A DNA stretch of 64,000 nt, taken from the NCBI GenBank assembly GCA_964016885.1, contig OZ024754.1:10044001-10108000 (forward strand), written 5' to 3'. Shown in pieces: positions 52,251 through 64,000 of this stretch (the stretch's first letter is position 1; each line of letters begins with the position of its first letter). A model generated the notes under the pieces. The model worked only from the letters and a program-made list of their open reading frames with translations, was not told the origin of the DNA and made no database searches. Both the position numbers and the translations under genes were made by a program. The stretch is from Eledone cirrhosa (taxonomy: Eukaryota).

Positions 52251-52461
52251 AATCAAAACAACAAGAGGTAATTTCGGCAGATACAAGCCAGAAACTCCGA
52301 AGAATATGGAGTTTACATACACTAATGTCTTACAAAGATATACGATAATAAAAATGAAGATAAAAATAATAAAATTATAATAACTAAGGATGTAGATAAC
52401 ATTAAGAACCATATTACAAATATAGTCCAAAGTCACCAACTTAAATCTAAACAAATTTGGT

Positions 52462-52550
<89 letters not shown>

Positions 52551-52761
52551 ACAGTTGTATCCCTTACTGTAACGAGGACAGAAGCGACCCAAACCAATGA
52601 GATTGAAAATCAACATGGAGAAGTTTTAACAAAAAAAAAAATTTACTCTAATAACAAATGTTTTGAAGATCCAAAACATAGAAAGCAGGCTTTGCTAACA
52701 GCTATTTTATACATGTTACTGTGCAGTTGAAAATTGCAAACTTGACCGTCACCACAGAATA

Positions 52762-52800
52762 TGAACCTGAAGATTGCAAAAGCATGAAAGTACTTGTTCA
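52762..52800 (+). ncRNA. Minimal type-I hammerhead ribozyme motif
   Basis: tgaac-CTGAAGA-t-tgc-aaaa-gca-t-GAAA-gtac-TT-gttca. Perfect 5-bp stem I and palindromic stem III. Confidence 0.8.
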
Positions 52801-53935
52801 ATTAACACTTAACATTTAATATTCTACCATACTATTTCATTCTAATACCATTTTAAATTTTAAAGGATTGTAAATAAAACGAGTAAATCAGACAAAGTTG
52901 GAATTCCTTTTATTAATATAATCTTCTATACACAATCATACACACTCGTGTATATTTATTTATATATATATATATATATATACATACATATCTATACATA
53001 TCTAAATATAACGTGATCAGTGTAGAATTTTTTCAAACATCCACACTTTCTTTTCACTATATAACAATATATGCACACATGTGTATATATGTATATATAT
53101 ATATCAATATATATGTATATATGCATACATTTATGTGTATATATATATATACATAAATATATATGTATATATGCATACATATGTGTATATATAAATATAT
53201 GCATACATATATGTGTATATATACATAAATATATATGTATATATGCATACATATATGTGTATATATACATAAATATATATGTATATATATACATATATAT
53301 AAATACATACGTATATATGCATACACACACACATTTACATACATATCTACATACATATATATATATATGTGTGTATGTCTATATATATATAATACTAGGT
53401 TATATTGAAGTAAATTTTGATGCCATGACATTTTCACAAAGGTAACATTTTTTGAGAATTAATCACAATATTAAAACTCTTACGATGCCAGATGATAAAA
53501 ATAGCATTAGATGAGAAGTGATTTATATCTAAGTGAAAAATTGCTCAGCAAAATAAAGAGTGAAATATTGACAATGAAAATAGCATGTCATTAGAAACCA
53601 TCAATATTTTTTCGAAGCCAATATGAAAATAGCTTTAACATCTTTATAAATTATTATCATCTTTGAGAATTAAAATTGCCATATTTTTTTCTTTTTTAAA
53701 CTCTACAAAAGGAAAATATTATGTTTCAATGTATTTGTATCTGATTTAAATTTTATATACATTATGTCTACATATTAATTTGAACTGGTCATAAAGACAA
53801 GGAATGCTGAATAATAGTATTTGCAGCCGGTAAATTGTCGAAAATTATATATCCAACCAAAATAATGAATTGGCTATTGGTTTATAGCAGAAATAAAAAC
53901 AAACAAATAATAAAAAAACAAATAACAAACAAACA

Positions 53936-53974
<39 letters not shown>

Positions 53975-54968
53975 AATAAAAATAAAAATAATAATGATGA
54001 TAATAAATTTGTAAAAATCTATAAAACCTCAAAATAAAAATAAAACAGTAGAAAATAAGAAAAGTTAAAAATTACTAAAGTGCCATATATTTCATGGGAA
54101 TGTAACAATAAAAATTTCCTGTGAAGCTAACAAGAATAAATAAAATCTCATGTATGCATGGTGCTAACAAATATCAGAACATGGAAGTTAGATTGGAAAA
54201 TGACAATAAAGTATAAATCAAAGACAGAATTCATGCAAAGCAGAGGCAAAATAAATTTGTCAGAGACTAAATAGGGAAGGATGAGAAAGAAGAGATGTGG
54301 AAAGAGAAAAGAAGAGGTGAAGAAGAATAAGGAGGAGAAAAGTGGCTTTCAACAGGAGATGAAGGGAAAACAAATGAATAAACAAACAAGGTTGTTCAAC
54401 ATTGTATGGCAGGGGTTGGGGTAAGATGAATGTATGGGAGGGGTGTGTAAGATGAATGTATCGGAGGGGTGTGGGAGTGACAAGAGGAGGGGAAGTGTAT
54501 ATAAAATAGATATATTAAAGAATTAGCCAAGAGGTCCATAGGAAAACTGTGAGGAAGAAAAACCAAAACAAAACAATTTTTGCTTATATTTCAAGTAAAA
54601 CCATTCTTCACAAAATCCCATTCTTTTACATTATATATAAATGTGTGTGTATGTCAGTGTACTAGTGAGCATGTATATATATGTGTGTGTGTATATGTGT
54701 ATATCTGTGTGCATGTGAGCATAAGTATATACAATATATATATATACTATACAATATATATATATACTATATAATATATATATACTATATAATATATATA
54801 TACTATATAATAAGTATATACAATATATATATATATACATATATATATATGTATGTGTCAGTGTACCAGTATGCATGTGAGCACATATATAAATATATAT
54901 ATACATGTGTATATGTGAATATTTGTGTGCATGTGAGCATATGTATATACAATATATATATATATATA

Positions 54969-55003
<35 letters not shown>

Positions 55004-55058
55004 AATACATGTGTGTATATATGTCCGTGTCTGTGTACATGACAGCATATGCATGTAT

Positions 55059-55217
<159 letters not shown>

Positions 55218-55981
55218 ATGCTTGTATTGGTATATACAGGTGTATGCACATGCTTGCATACATATTTATGCACACACACACACACAAACACCAATCCACA
55301 CACTAACATACACACACAAACACAGGTAGAAAAAAAGGAAGTGATAGATAGATTCTACATGCACACAAACACAAACATATTTACACACATTCACACATAT
55401 TTACACACATTCACACATATTTACACATATTTGCACATATTTACACACACATTCACACATATTTACACACATATTTACACATATTTGCACATATTTACAC
55501 ACATATTCACACATATTTACACATATTTACACATATTTGCACATATTTACACATATATTCACACATATTTACACATATTTGCACATATTTACACATACTA
55601 TTTTCATAAATCTTAAAAAAGTTGTTTTGTGAATTTTATTTTTCACAGAGAAATAAAGAAAAAAAGGTAAGAACTGAAGAGCAAAGCAGAAGCCGTTGAT
55701 GGATAGCGTTGATAAGAAGGAGAGGATAAGGGGAGATAGAGGAAATGGCAGGAAAGAAACGGTGAAGACGACGACCAAAGACAGAACAAAGAACATACAC
55801 TTTATATACATATATATATATATATCTGTATATATATGTATGTATGTATATACATACATGTGTATTTGTAAATACATACATATTTATATGTATACATACA
55901 TATATATGTGTGTGTATATATGTATATGGACATGTATGTATACATGCATGCATATATATATATATATAAATACATATTCAT

Positions 55982-56032
<51 letters not shown>

Positions 56033-56137
56033 TGAAGAGAAGAAAATAAATATTTGATAAAGAGGTAGCATGGAGATAAAAACATTAAAAGATGGAGAAA
56101 TATGTATATGTACTTTAAACAAATACTTTATTTTTAT

Positions 56138-56173
<36 letters not shown>

Positions 56174-56358
56174 GTGTGTGTGTATGTATATATATATACA
56201 CACACATATGTCTATGTATGTGTGTGTGTATATATCATCATCGTTTTTATGACTGCTTTTCCGTGCTTGCACATATACATATATACATATACACACGAGT
56301 GTGTGTATATGTATATGAGTATATAAATATATTTGTGTGTGTATGTACATATATATGT

Positions 56359-56431
<73 letters not shown>

Positions 56432-56864
56432 GATATATATATGTATATATAAATATAAACTAAATATAATTGAAAAGCAAATGAAAATGATAGAATAGAG
56501 AGGCACAGAGGTGAATCTAGATATATTTTCATAGAGGAATCCATGAAATGCAGATAGAACTTCTCATATAGACAAATACATAGTGCATATCACGCAAACA
56601 ACAATACAACAAACTACATTATGGATATTATGTATAGAGTTTCAATAATACATTAGCAACAATAGGAAAGTGAGAGTTGGAGCGTAAATGTAAACATCCT
56701 GTAAACAAGACTACCTATCTAGTTTTCATTCTCAGTTGGAACCATTTCATGTATGGCCCTCATATTCTTAAGAAAATGATGAGTATTGCAACATACTACA
56801 TTTCCATAGACCTACAATACAGAGGGGGGGGGGGGGTTCCAAAAAGAATCATTCTATTTCAAAA

Positions 56865-57157
56865 GAGTCATAGGGGCATCGTATTGACTTTCTGGGGCAT
56901 CTTAAACCTGGCGGAGCCCGTCCCTTTCCAAACCTGAGTACAGCAGATTTCTTCCAGACAAAGATAGAAAGTGAGAGAGAGAAAGAGAGAGAGAGAATGT
57001 ATGTATATATGTCTGTATGGTCCTGTAAATCCTGATAGTCGAAGGGGTGCCGTATTGACATATGGCATTTCTTGGGTATTTTAAACCTGGCGGAGTCCGT
57101 CTCTCTCCAAGTCTGAGGACAGCAGATTTCTTCCAGACAAAGATAGAAAGTAAGAGA
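56865..57157 (-). mobile_element. Two tandem copies of a ~120-bp retroposon-like 3' end with a (CATA)-type tail; third copy at 57504-57622
   Basis: Shared aaacctggcggagcccgt...cagcagatttcttccaga. Confidence 0.55.
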
Positions 57158-57194
57158 AAGAATGTAAGTATGTGTGCATGTATCTTCTTTTTGG

Positions 57195-57503
57195 TAGATA
57201 TCATCTTGGTTAAGAGAGTGGGACTGGCTTTGTGCAGTGCCTTTGCTCACTATAAAAGCTTCACGGCACAGGCATTGCTTTATATCTGGAGATCTCTCTG
57301 CATTTGTCGTCACATGGTACCATGGGCCCAGCACTATGCGTCAATAATTGTCACAGGTGTAGTGTTTGTACCAGAGTTTTCAAGTCGCTGGCTGGACTAA
57401 AAAGTCACACTCGTTCAGCGCTTCAGTAGGGGTTCTCCTACATGGATATAAAGTAGTGGCCGTACTCGAAAACGAGTTGGCAGCCACCATGTATGTATGT
57501 ATG
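57195..57503 (+). pseudogene. RTE LINE 3' end with C-terminal C2H2-like zinc finger and (TATG)n tail
   Basis: 57343-57429 translates NNCHRCSVCTRVFKSLAGLKSHTRSALQ* (CxxCxRxFxSxxGLxSH). 3' hairpin ctcg-aaaa-cgag precedes the tail. Confidence 0.75.
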
Positions 57504-58496
57504 ATCCTGTAACTCCAGGAAGAGTCGTAGGGGTGTCATATTGGACATTTTAAGCCTGGTGGAGCCCATCCTTCTCCAGGTTAGAGTACAGCAGATTTCT
57601 TCCAGAGAAGGATACAGAGGGAGAGATCGGAAATGAGAAACAGAGTGAGAGATCAGAAATGAGAAAGAGATATAGGGGAAGAATTTACCCCAGTACTAGA
57701 CTGGTACTTTTTTTGTCGACATTAAATGGTTGAAAAGCAAAGTTGACCTTTGTGGGATTTGAACTCCAAGAGTTGGAATTAGAAATCAATATATGTACAT
57801 CTGTATGCATTTGGCACATAGCTACCTGCTTCAGATTCACTTATACACAGACACTTGTATGCATACACACACACACAGTTGCACATATATACACTGTTGC
57901 ACTAACACAGTTGCACACTCACAGACAGTTGCATGCACACATACACACAGGTGCACACACACACACACACAGTTTCACACAAACACACAGTTACACTAAC
58001 ACACACAGTTGCACACATACACATGCAGACAGTTGCACACACACACAAACAGTCACAAATGTATACACCCACTTGATCAACGCTTATTGTAGAATGTTGC
58101 ATTATATTTCGATTTTCAGTCAGATTCCACTATATTTTCAGTCAGATTTCTTGACACTGAAATTGAAGCCTTTTTATAATTAACAATGATTTTATCTTGT
58201 CAAACAGACTTGTCACAGTCAAATTAACTTAACAAATAGAAAATATATTTTCCCATTCTGTGAACATAACAGAACAAAACCAACTTTATCATTTATTCCA
58301 CATTTTATCTTTTGACTGAAGTATATTTCTACAAATTTAAACTGTTCTTATTCAACAGAATCTTATGTCACTTGGTCTCCAGAATGACAAAATGAAGACC
58401 TCTTATTGTCCTGTTCCACTTGAAACTGCATTAGGAAAACCTTCTTGATAAGTACAAAATAACACTATGATTGCATCACATGAAAAATTAAAACCT

Positions 58497-58838
58497 ATAC
58501 TCGAATAGTGCAAAGCTTGGAGATCAGAGAGTCACTCCAGGTTGAGTCGCTACTGTTCCAAATTGAGAGATCGCAGCTCCGATACTAAGGACGCGTGTTT
58601 AGAATGTTTCAGGGAAAAAAAAAAAAAAAATAAATAAAAATCGCTGGACAGATTTCATGAGCAAAACCAACCGACAGGAAACCCAGAGCATGATGGTTGG
58701 ATAACATCCATGATCTTGGCTGGTTTCACTTGGGGATCCGCCTGGATCAATTGGACCCACTAAAAGGAGTGTTTGAGGACTGTTTGAGGACTCTGTGCCC
58801 ACAACACTCCCAAGAATAAGTGGGTGAAAAAGAAGTAG
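58497..58838 (+). pseudogene. Decayed Rex3/Expander-like RTE LINE 3' end
   Basis: SLEIRESLQVESLLFQIERSQLRY*GRVFRM ... PTG ... WLDNIHDLGWFHLGI ... LRTLCPQ, with stops, frameshifts and a poly-A expansion. Confidence 0.75.
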
Positions 58839-59389
58839 ATCTCTTTGCTAATAATGATACTATAAACATTTGAATTAACTGGTCCCATTTTTAAATATTG
58901 CTTGCTGAATCATTACAGGATGTTAAGAACTTCGAGTCATTGGCAAAAATTCTGGCCATGCTGAGGTCTAATATATTTTCTAAGCCACTGATACATTTAG
59001 ATTGAAACACATTCAGCCTTCTCTTTATATAACCCTTTACATAACACATTTGTTTCTTGTTCATGGTGGTGGGGTGGGTGAGATTATATAGTTCTAAAAA
59101 ACGATCCAACTCAGGCTATGAGCTACCCTAATAAATGTTTCACAGAAGAAAGTCCAACAAAAATACATGCGATTACAGAAATTGCTATTAATTTTGTTCA
59201 TATATGTTTGTGAATAGTTTAACCACCCTTACATCTACACAATTGATTTTTTAACCCCCAGCCACATGTAGGCAGCCAATATCAAATTAGTGGAGAGAAT
59301 GTACATTTTAAGTTGTGGAATTTCTTGTAGTTTATTGCTCTGAATTTCTGGCTAGAAGCAGACATTACTTGTTTGAGTGGATGGGTGTG

Positions 59390-59855
59390 TGGATAGATAG
59401 ATAGAGGGACAGATAGATAGAGGGATAGATAGATAGAGGGACAGATAGATAGAGGGAAACATAGATATATAGATAGAGACAGAGATGTTATAGATATATT
59501 GTTTCTGAATGACTGATTGATTAATACATTAATTGATCAATAGATATAAATAGATATAAATAGACAGACAGACAGATAGATAACAATAGATATAAATAAA
59601 TAAATACATATAGATAGATAGATAGATAGATACATTAATAAATAGATATATTGATAGATATATAGACAAAAAGACAGGTAGATGGAAATATAGATAGATT
59701 GGTAGATAGAAATATAGATAGACAGACAGACTGAGAGACAGAGAGACAGAGAGATAGATAGATAGAAAGACAGATAGAGAGAAAGCCAGAAATATAGATA
59801 TATCAATAGATATATCAATAGATATAAAAAATATTTGATAGATAGATAGATTAAT
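59390..59855. repeat. Degenerate (GATA)n tract
   Basis: Direct reading. Confidence 0.9.
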
Positions 59856-62290
59856 ATTGAGCAATTAAATAAATAAGTGAGGAGGCAGACATATATAGAA
59901 GCAGTGGAGTAGACAGTATACACTCCGACACATAAAATCCTATAGAACAGGTTCATATGCAGAGATGAAATAGAGGAATTGGGGAGAGAGGTACCTCGCC
60001 AATATTCTGTATTTATGGGATTTCAGAATCATTTAGAATCTTATATGGATGAGTCCTGGTATTTACATTTTTCCACCAATAAACTTTGGGGTTTCATAGA
60101 AATCAATTTATTGAAGCAATTAGTCACAGAGACTTATATTCAGTAATGGGAGATTTCAGTTCTTCCTTTTAGAAAGATCGTAGTGAGGAGGTGTGTTGGT
60201 CGAGTGGTGGAGGTTGGCAGTAATAAGGAAAATTGTCTACAGAGCTGGGGTAGGTGGATGGATGAGAAGGTAGGTGGAGTAGATGAGGCTATTAACTGAG
60301 ACTGGCTGATAACGGCTGCATTATAAAATTGGTGTGGCAGAGAAATGCATGTTATACAGAAGATAGCAAAAGTGGATGAGATGTAGAAGAGAAGCTATAG
60401 AAAAATGATGGTTTGCAGGTTAGATGAAGGAAAACGATAGTAGAAATCGTACATATGAGAGGAAGATGATAAGAAAAAGTCTAGCAGAAATTGGCATGAA
60501 ACCAAGACTGAGAAAGCCAAAGTAAAGTAGAAAAAGTCACTATATAAGACTTACAAAGTGAAAAGAAATTCAAGGTAAAAAAAAGTAATTTAAATAAAAG
60601 ATATAATATGTTTTGGACTACACGGATGTTTGGTTTTAACAACAACAACGATGATGATGATGATGTGAAAAACAGGGCATCAAACCAGGTATAAAATTGT
60701 AACTACAAAACATGTAAACATTAAGGTAAAGCTATTAAAATAATGATAAAACGGTTTGGAAAATCTCTCTCTCTCTGTCTCTCTCCTTCCTCTCTTTTTC
60801 ACAGACAATCTGTATCTGTTTAGACCAAGTAAAACACCTTTCGTGAGGAACAGGATAAGATATTGAAAGGTGTAATTTTCTAATAAAACACATTGCTATT
60901 TTAATAATTCCTGAGATGTTTGCAGAGACAAACTAAGAAAAAATATAAAATGATTTACTTTACACGTCAATAACAATTATTTGCTATATAAAAGATCACA
61001 CCTCACAGTAAGAAAGAGACAGACATAAGCAGTTAAGATGTCACCTAATTTGAAGAAAAATAAATACCTGGACTCAACAGGGATTAGAAACCAGCCTGCC
61101 GAATCAGTTCAATGCTGACATGTGTTGCATATAGAAGAGATATAGTGGCTGGGAAGAGTGGGAGAACAGTTGGTTATATTAATACTAGCACTTCACTAGT
61201 ATCTTATCTCATAACCCTCTTAAAGGATGAAAGGCAAAGTCGATCTAAGTGGGATTTTAAACTCAAAATGTTAAAGAACCCCTCTAAAGTTGCCTTTCTT
61301 CCTTTATTGATAATGATAATAAAGTTGTCACCTCCTCTGATCCTCTGATTTCCTAGCAAGCTGTCTCCTTGAGACATTTAACAGAAGATACTATGACAGC
61401 TTTGTCAGCATGAGATTAAAGAATTTCAAATTATTCTTGATTCATTCCAACAACTGCACCTCCCCAATCTCTAGATTCCAGAGTTTGCAGCTAATTATCA
61501 AATGATTTTCTCAGCATTGATCATTATCAAACCACCCATTCCTCTATTTTGTCTAAGTTATTGACTTATTCTCCAGCCTTAGAATTGTTGCTAACCCAAC
61601 TTACAAGACACAGCTGGTTCTTATTTCACACCATCCTTCCTTCCCTTTATTCTTCTTTCAACAGCATCTGCAAACTAAGTTGAGAGTTCTATCTGCTCAG
61701 TATGGTGCTATAGCTCAATTATACATACATAATGTTTTTCATTTTCATATATGATATCTTCATATGAGAATTCAATCTTCTTTGTAGTACTTTGAAACTG
61801 GAATTACTTCAAAATTGCATTTTCTCATAAAAATGTACATGAAAGTGCATGTGTGTGAATATCAATGCACACACAAACAAAATGCCAACAATTTCATATG
61901 CAGTGCATCCTTATGAACTCAGCAGGGAAGATTGTTACAAAGATCAACATTTGGCATGGTCCACGAACTTTCATCTCATTGTTACTAGTGGGCTCCAAAA
62001 GATAGTACGAATGCTGACCTCCTCAACTAAAATTCTTTGTCTTACCAAGAGTGATATGCAACACAAGAACCATTCACTTGAAAGCTTTAGGTGAGATATT
62101 TACTGAGACATATGCATAAAGATACAGGATGTCTATGTGTGTATAACTGTGCAGTTATCACTTACTGAATGAATATAATTTAGTTTTAATAGATAGGCAG
62201 TTGATATAAAATTAATGTTTGGAAGTGATATAATACATCAACCAGTATGTATACATATATATATATATATATATATACATATACACATAC

Positions 62291-62325
<35 letters not shown>

Positions 62326-62809
62326 TGCCAAACTTGTCTATACCTGAGAGTAGATTAATATATTTATTTGACAGAAAATTCATTATGAACAGAATTCAAT
62401 GAAATGAACATTAGCTACTCTCCAACACACTCCAGAAAACTGATCACTTTAGTGTAAACAATCTAGAGAAGACCGAGACAAAAACGTTACCCCATTGGGG
62501 GAACAAGACTAACAAGAATGACTGCCGACAGTTTAAGACTAACAATGAACAACATGAGTTAGAACATAAGTTTTGCTTTTGGCTTCTAAAACAGGCAAAC
62601 AATATTTTATAAAAATTAAGGTAAGGTAGATGGATGTACAGTTTATATAAAAAATATATAGCATTACAGATCCTTCAAACCTAACACCCTGTGAACAAAT
62701 AAATACAAAAAAAATAGATAAAGAAAGAGATTTATGAAGTAAAAATAGGAACATAATCTAACACATGCTAGCTGAAACTCAGAAGAAGATTAGTTAAATT
62801 TTATGATAT

Positions 62810-63005
62810 CATCATTTCATGATCATTTTCGTTTAGCATCAATTTTTCCATGCTTGCATGGATTAGACCGGTTGTCCATGCCAGGAGGTAAGTCTGGCCA
62901 TGATTTGCCATGTCGCACCTTGCTCTGGTGAGGAATGTAAATGTGGCCAGGTATTTTACAGTTGGATGCCCTTCCTAACACCAACCACATTTACAGTGTG
63001 GGACT
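62810..63005 (-). mobile_element. Diverged SINE 3' module with RTE-type tail
   Basis: ggatgcccttcctaacaccaacc and ccatgcttgcatggattagac. Confidence 0.65.
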
Positions 63006-63649
63006 GGATGGCTCCTTCATGAGGTGGGACAGGCCAGTTCTTGTAAGTTCTTTGATTGAGCAAAAGTAATCTACAGCAACTGATTCAAAAGTTTAAATAC
63101 AATAGAAACATCAACAATTCATGTATATAGTCCTAAGACCAGGCAATACCAAACTTCTGTCACTGTGTCCAATATACTGCGGAATTTGTTAGTATCATGA
63201 ATTACAGAACCAAAATTCTAAAGTGTAAACTTCACTTCTTCTTCCCAGACCAGAACAATTACTTGATTGTAAACAATGGTCATTTTTGGACAGAATATAT
63301 AATAAAAAGTGTATAAAGAATGCAGACCAACAATAGAGACAGCATGTATTGATAAATACAAATAAAGAAAGAAAGAGGACAAAAAAGAAAAGTAGAGAGA
63401 AAGGAAAGGAAGAGAAGGTGGCAAGGTAAAGAAGCTAAACTAACAAAGGGAATATATATATTCTAAGAAGAAGCTAAAGCTATCATGGAATAACAAGAGA
63501 AAACATTTTGGTTCTTATATTTTCAGAAAAAAAGACAAGCTTTGTGGATTTATTTTAGTTTTAGATTAGACTTTATACAAACTACACTTCTAAAAATAAA
63601 ATAAAATAAGATAAAATAAAAAAAATAAAAAATAAATAATAATAATAAT

Positions 63650-64000
63650 AAACACAATAGACCTGACCTGGTGGTTTTGGACAAGGAAAAAAGATCGTGC
63701 TTGATTGTGGATGTGGCCTGCCCATTCGACACGAGAGTGCAAGAGGAGGAGAGGGAGAAAATTAACTGATACCAGGACTTAAAGTGGGAGGTAAAAAGGA
63801 TTTGGAAATGCCATGAAGTCATAGTGGTCCCGATTGTCATAGGCGCACTAGGTACTATCTCAAAGAGTTTCCAGGGATGGTTAAAGAAAATTGGCCCCGC
63901 CCCACTTTTTGGAACACTTCAAAAGGCATCCTTGCTGGGAACAGCAAGAACTCTCCGATACGTCCTGAACATCTGAGGCTGCAGGTAGTGGGTTGATATT
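63650..64000 (+). pseudogene. 5'-truncated R4/Dong-clade non-LTR retrotransposon, restriction-like endonuclease domain
   Basis: 63650-63976 translates KHNRPDLVVLDKEKRSCLIVDVACPFD...EKIN*YQDLKWEVKRIW...VVPIVIGALG...LQKASLLGTARTLRYVLNI*. One in-frame stop at 63767; starts at a (TAA)n tract. Confidence 0.9.

Overview
AT-rich, microsatellite-saturated animal genomic DNA, almost certainly intronic or intergenic sequence from an octopus (coleoid cephalopod). This is inferred from the tRNA-derived CORE-, Deu/Nin- and OR-type SINE families and the (TA)n/(CA)n load. Nearly all ORFs in the supplied track are simple-repeat artefacts. Real coding signal is limited to one probable 97-nt host exon on the minus strand (40842-40938, RE/RD-rich) and decayed 3' ends of RTE-clade and R4/Dong-clade LINEs. 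The rest is SINEs, a ~225-bp TTAA-flanked piggyBac-type MITE (7 full or near-full copies) and minisatellites, two of which grew out of SINE fragments. The most interesting signal is at least nine dispersed minimal type-I hammerhead ribozyme motifs (CUGANGA...GAAA...UH). They lie on both strands in short Penelope-like pLTR fragments inserted in (TA)n/(CA)n tracts. One has a 115-nt stem II, and several copies have a fold-back inversion that breaks within the ribozyme hairpin. All calls are by eye; no database search or folding program was run.
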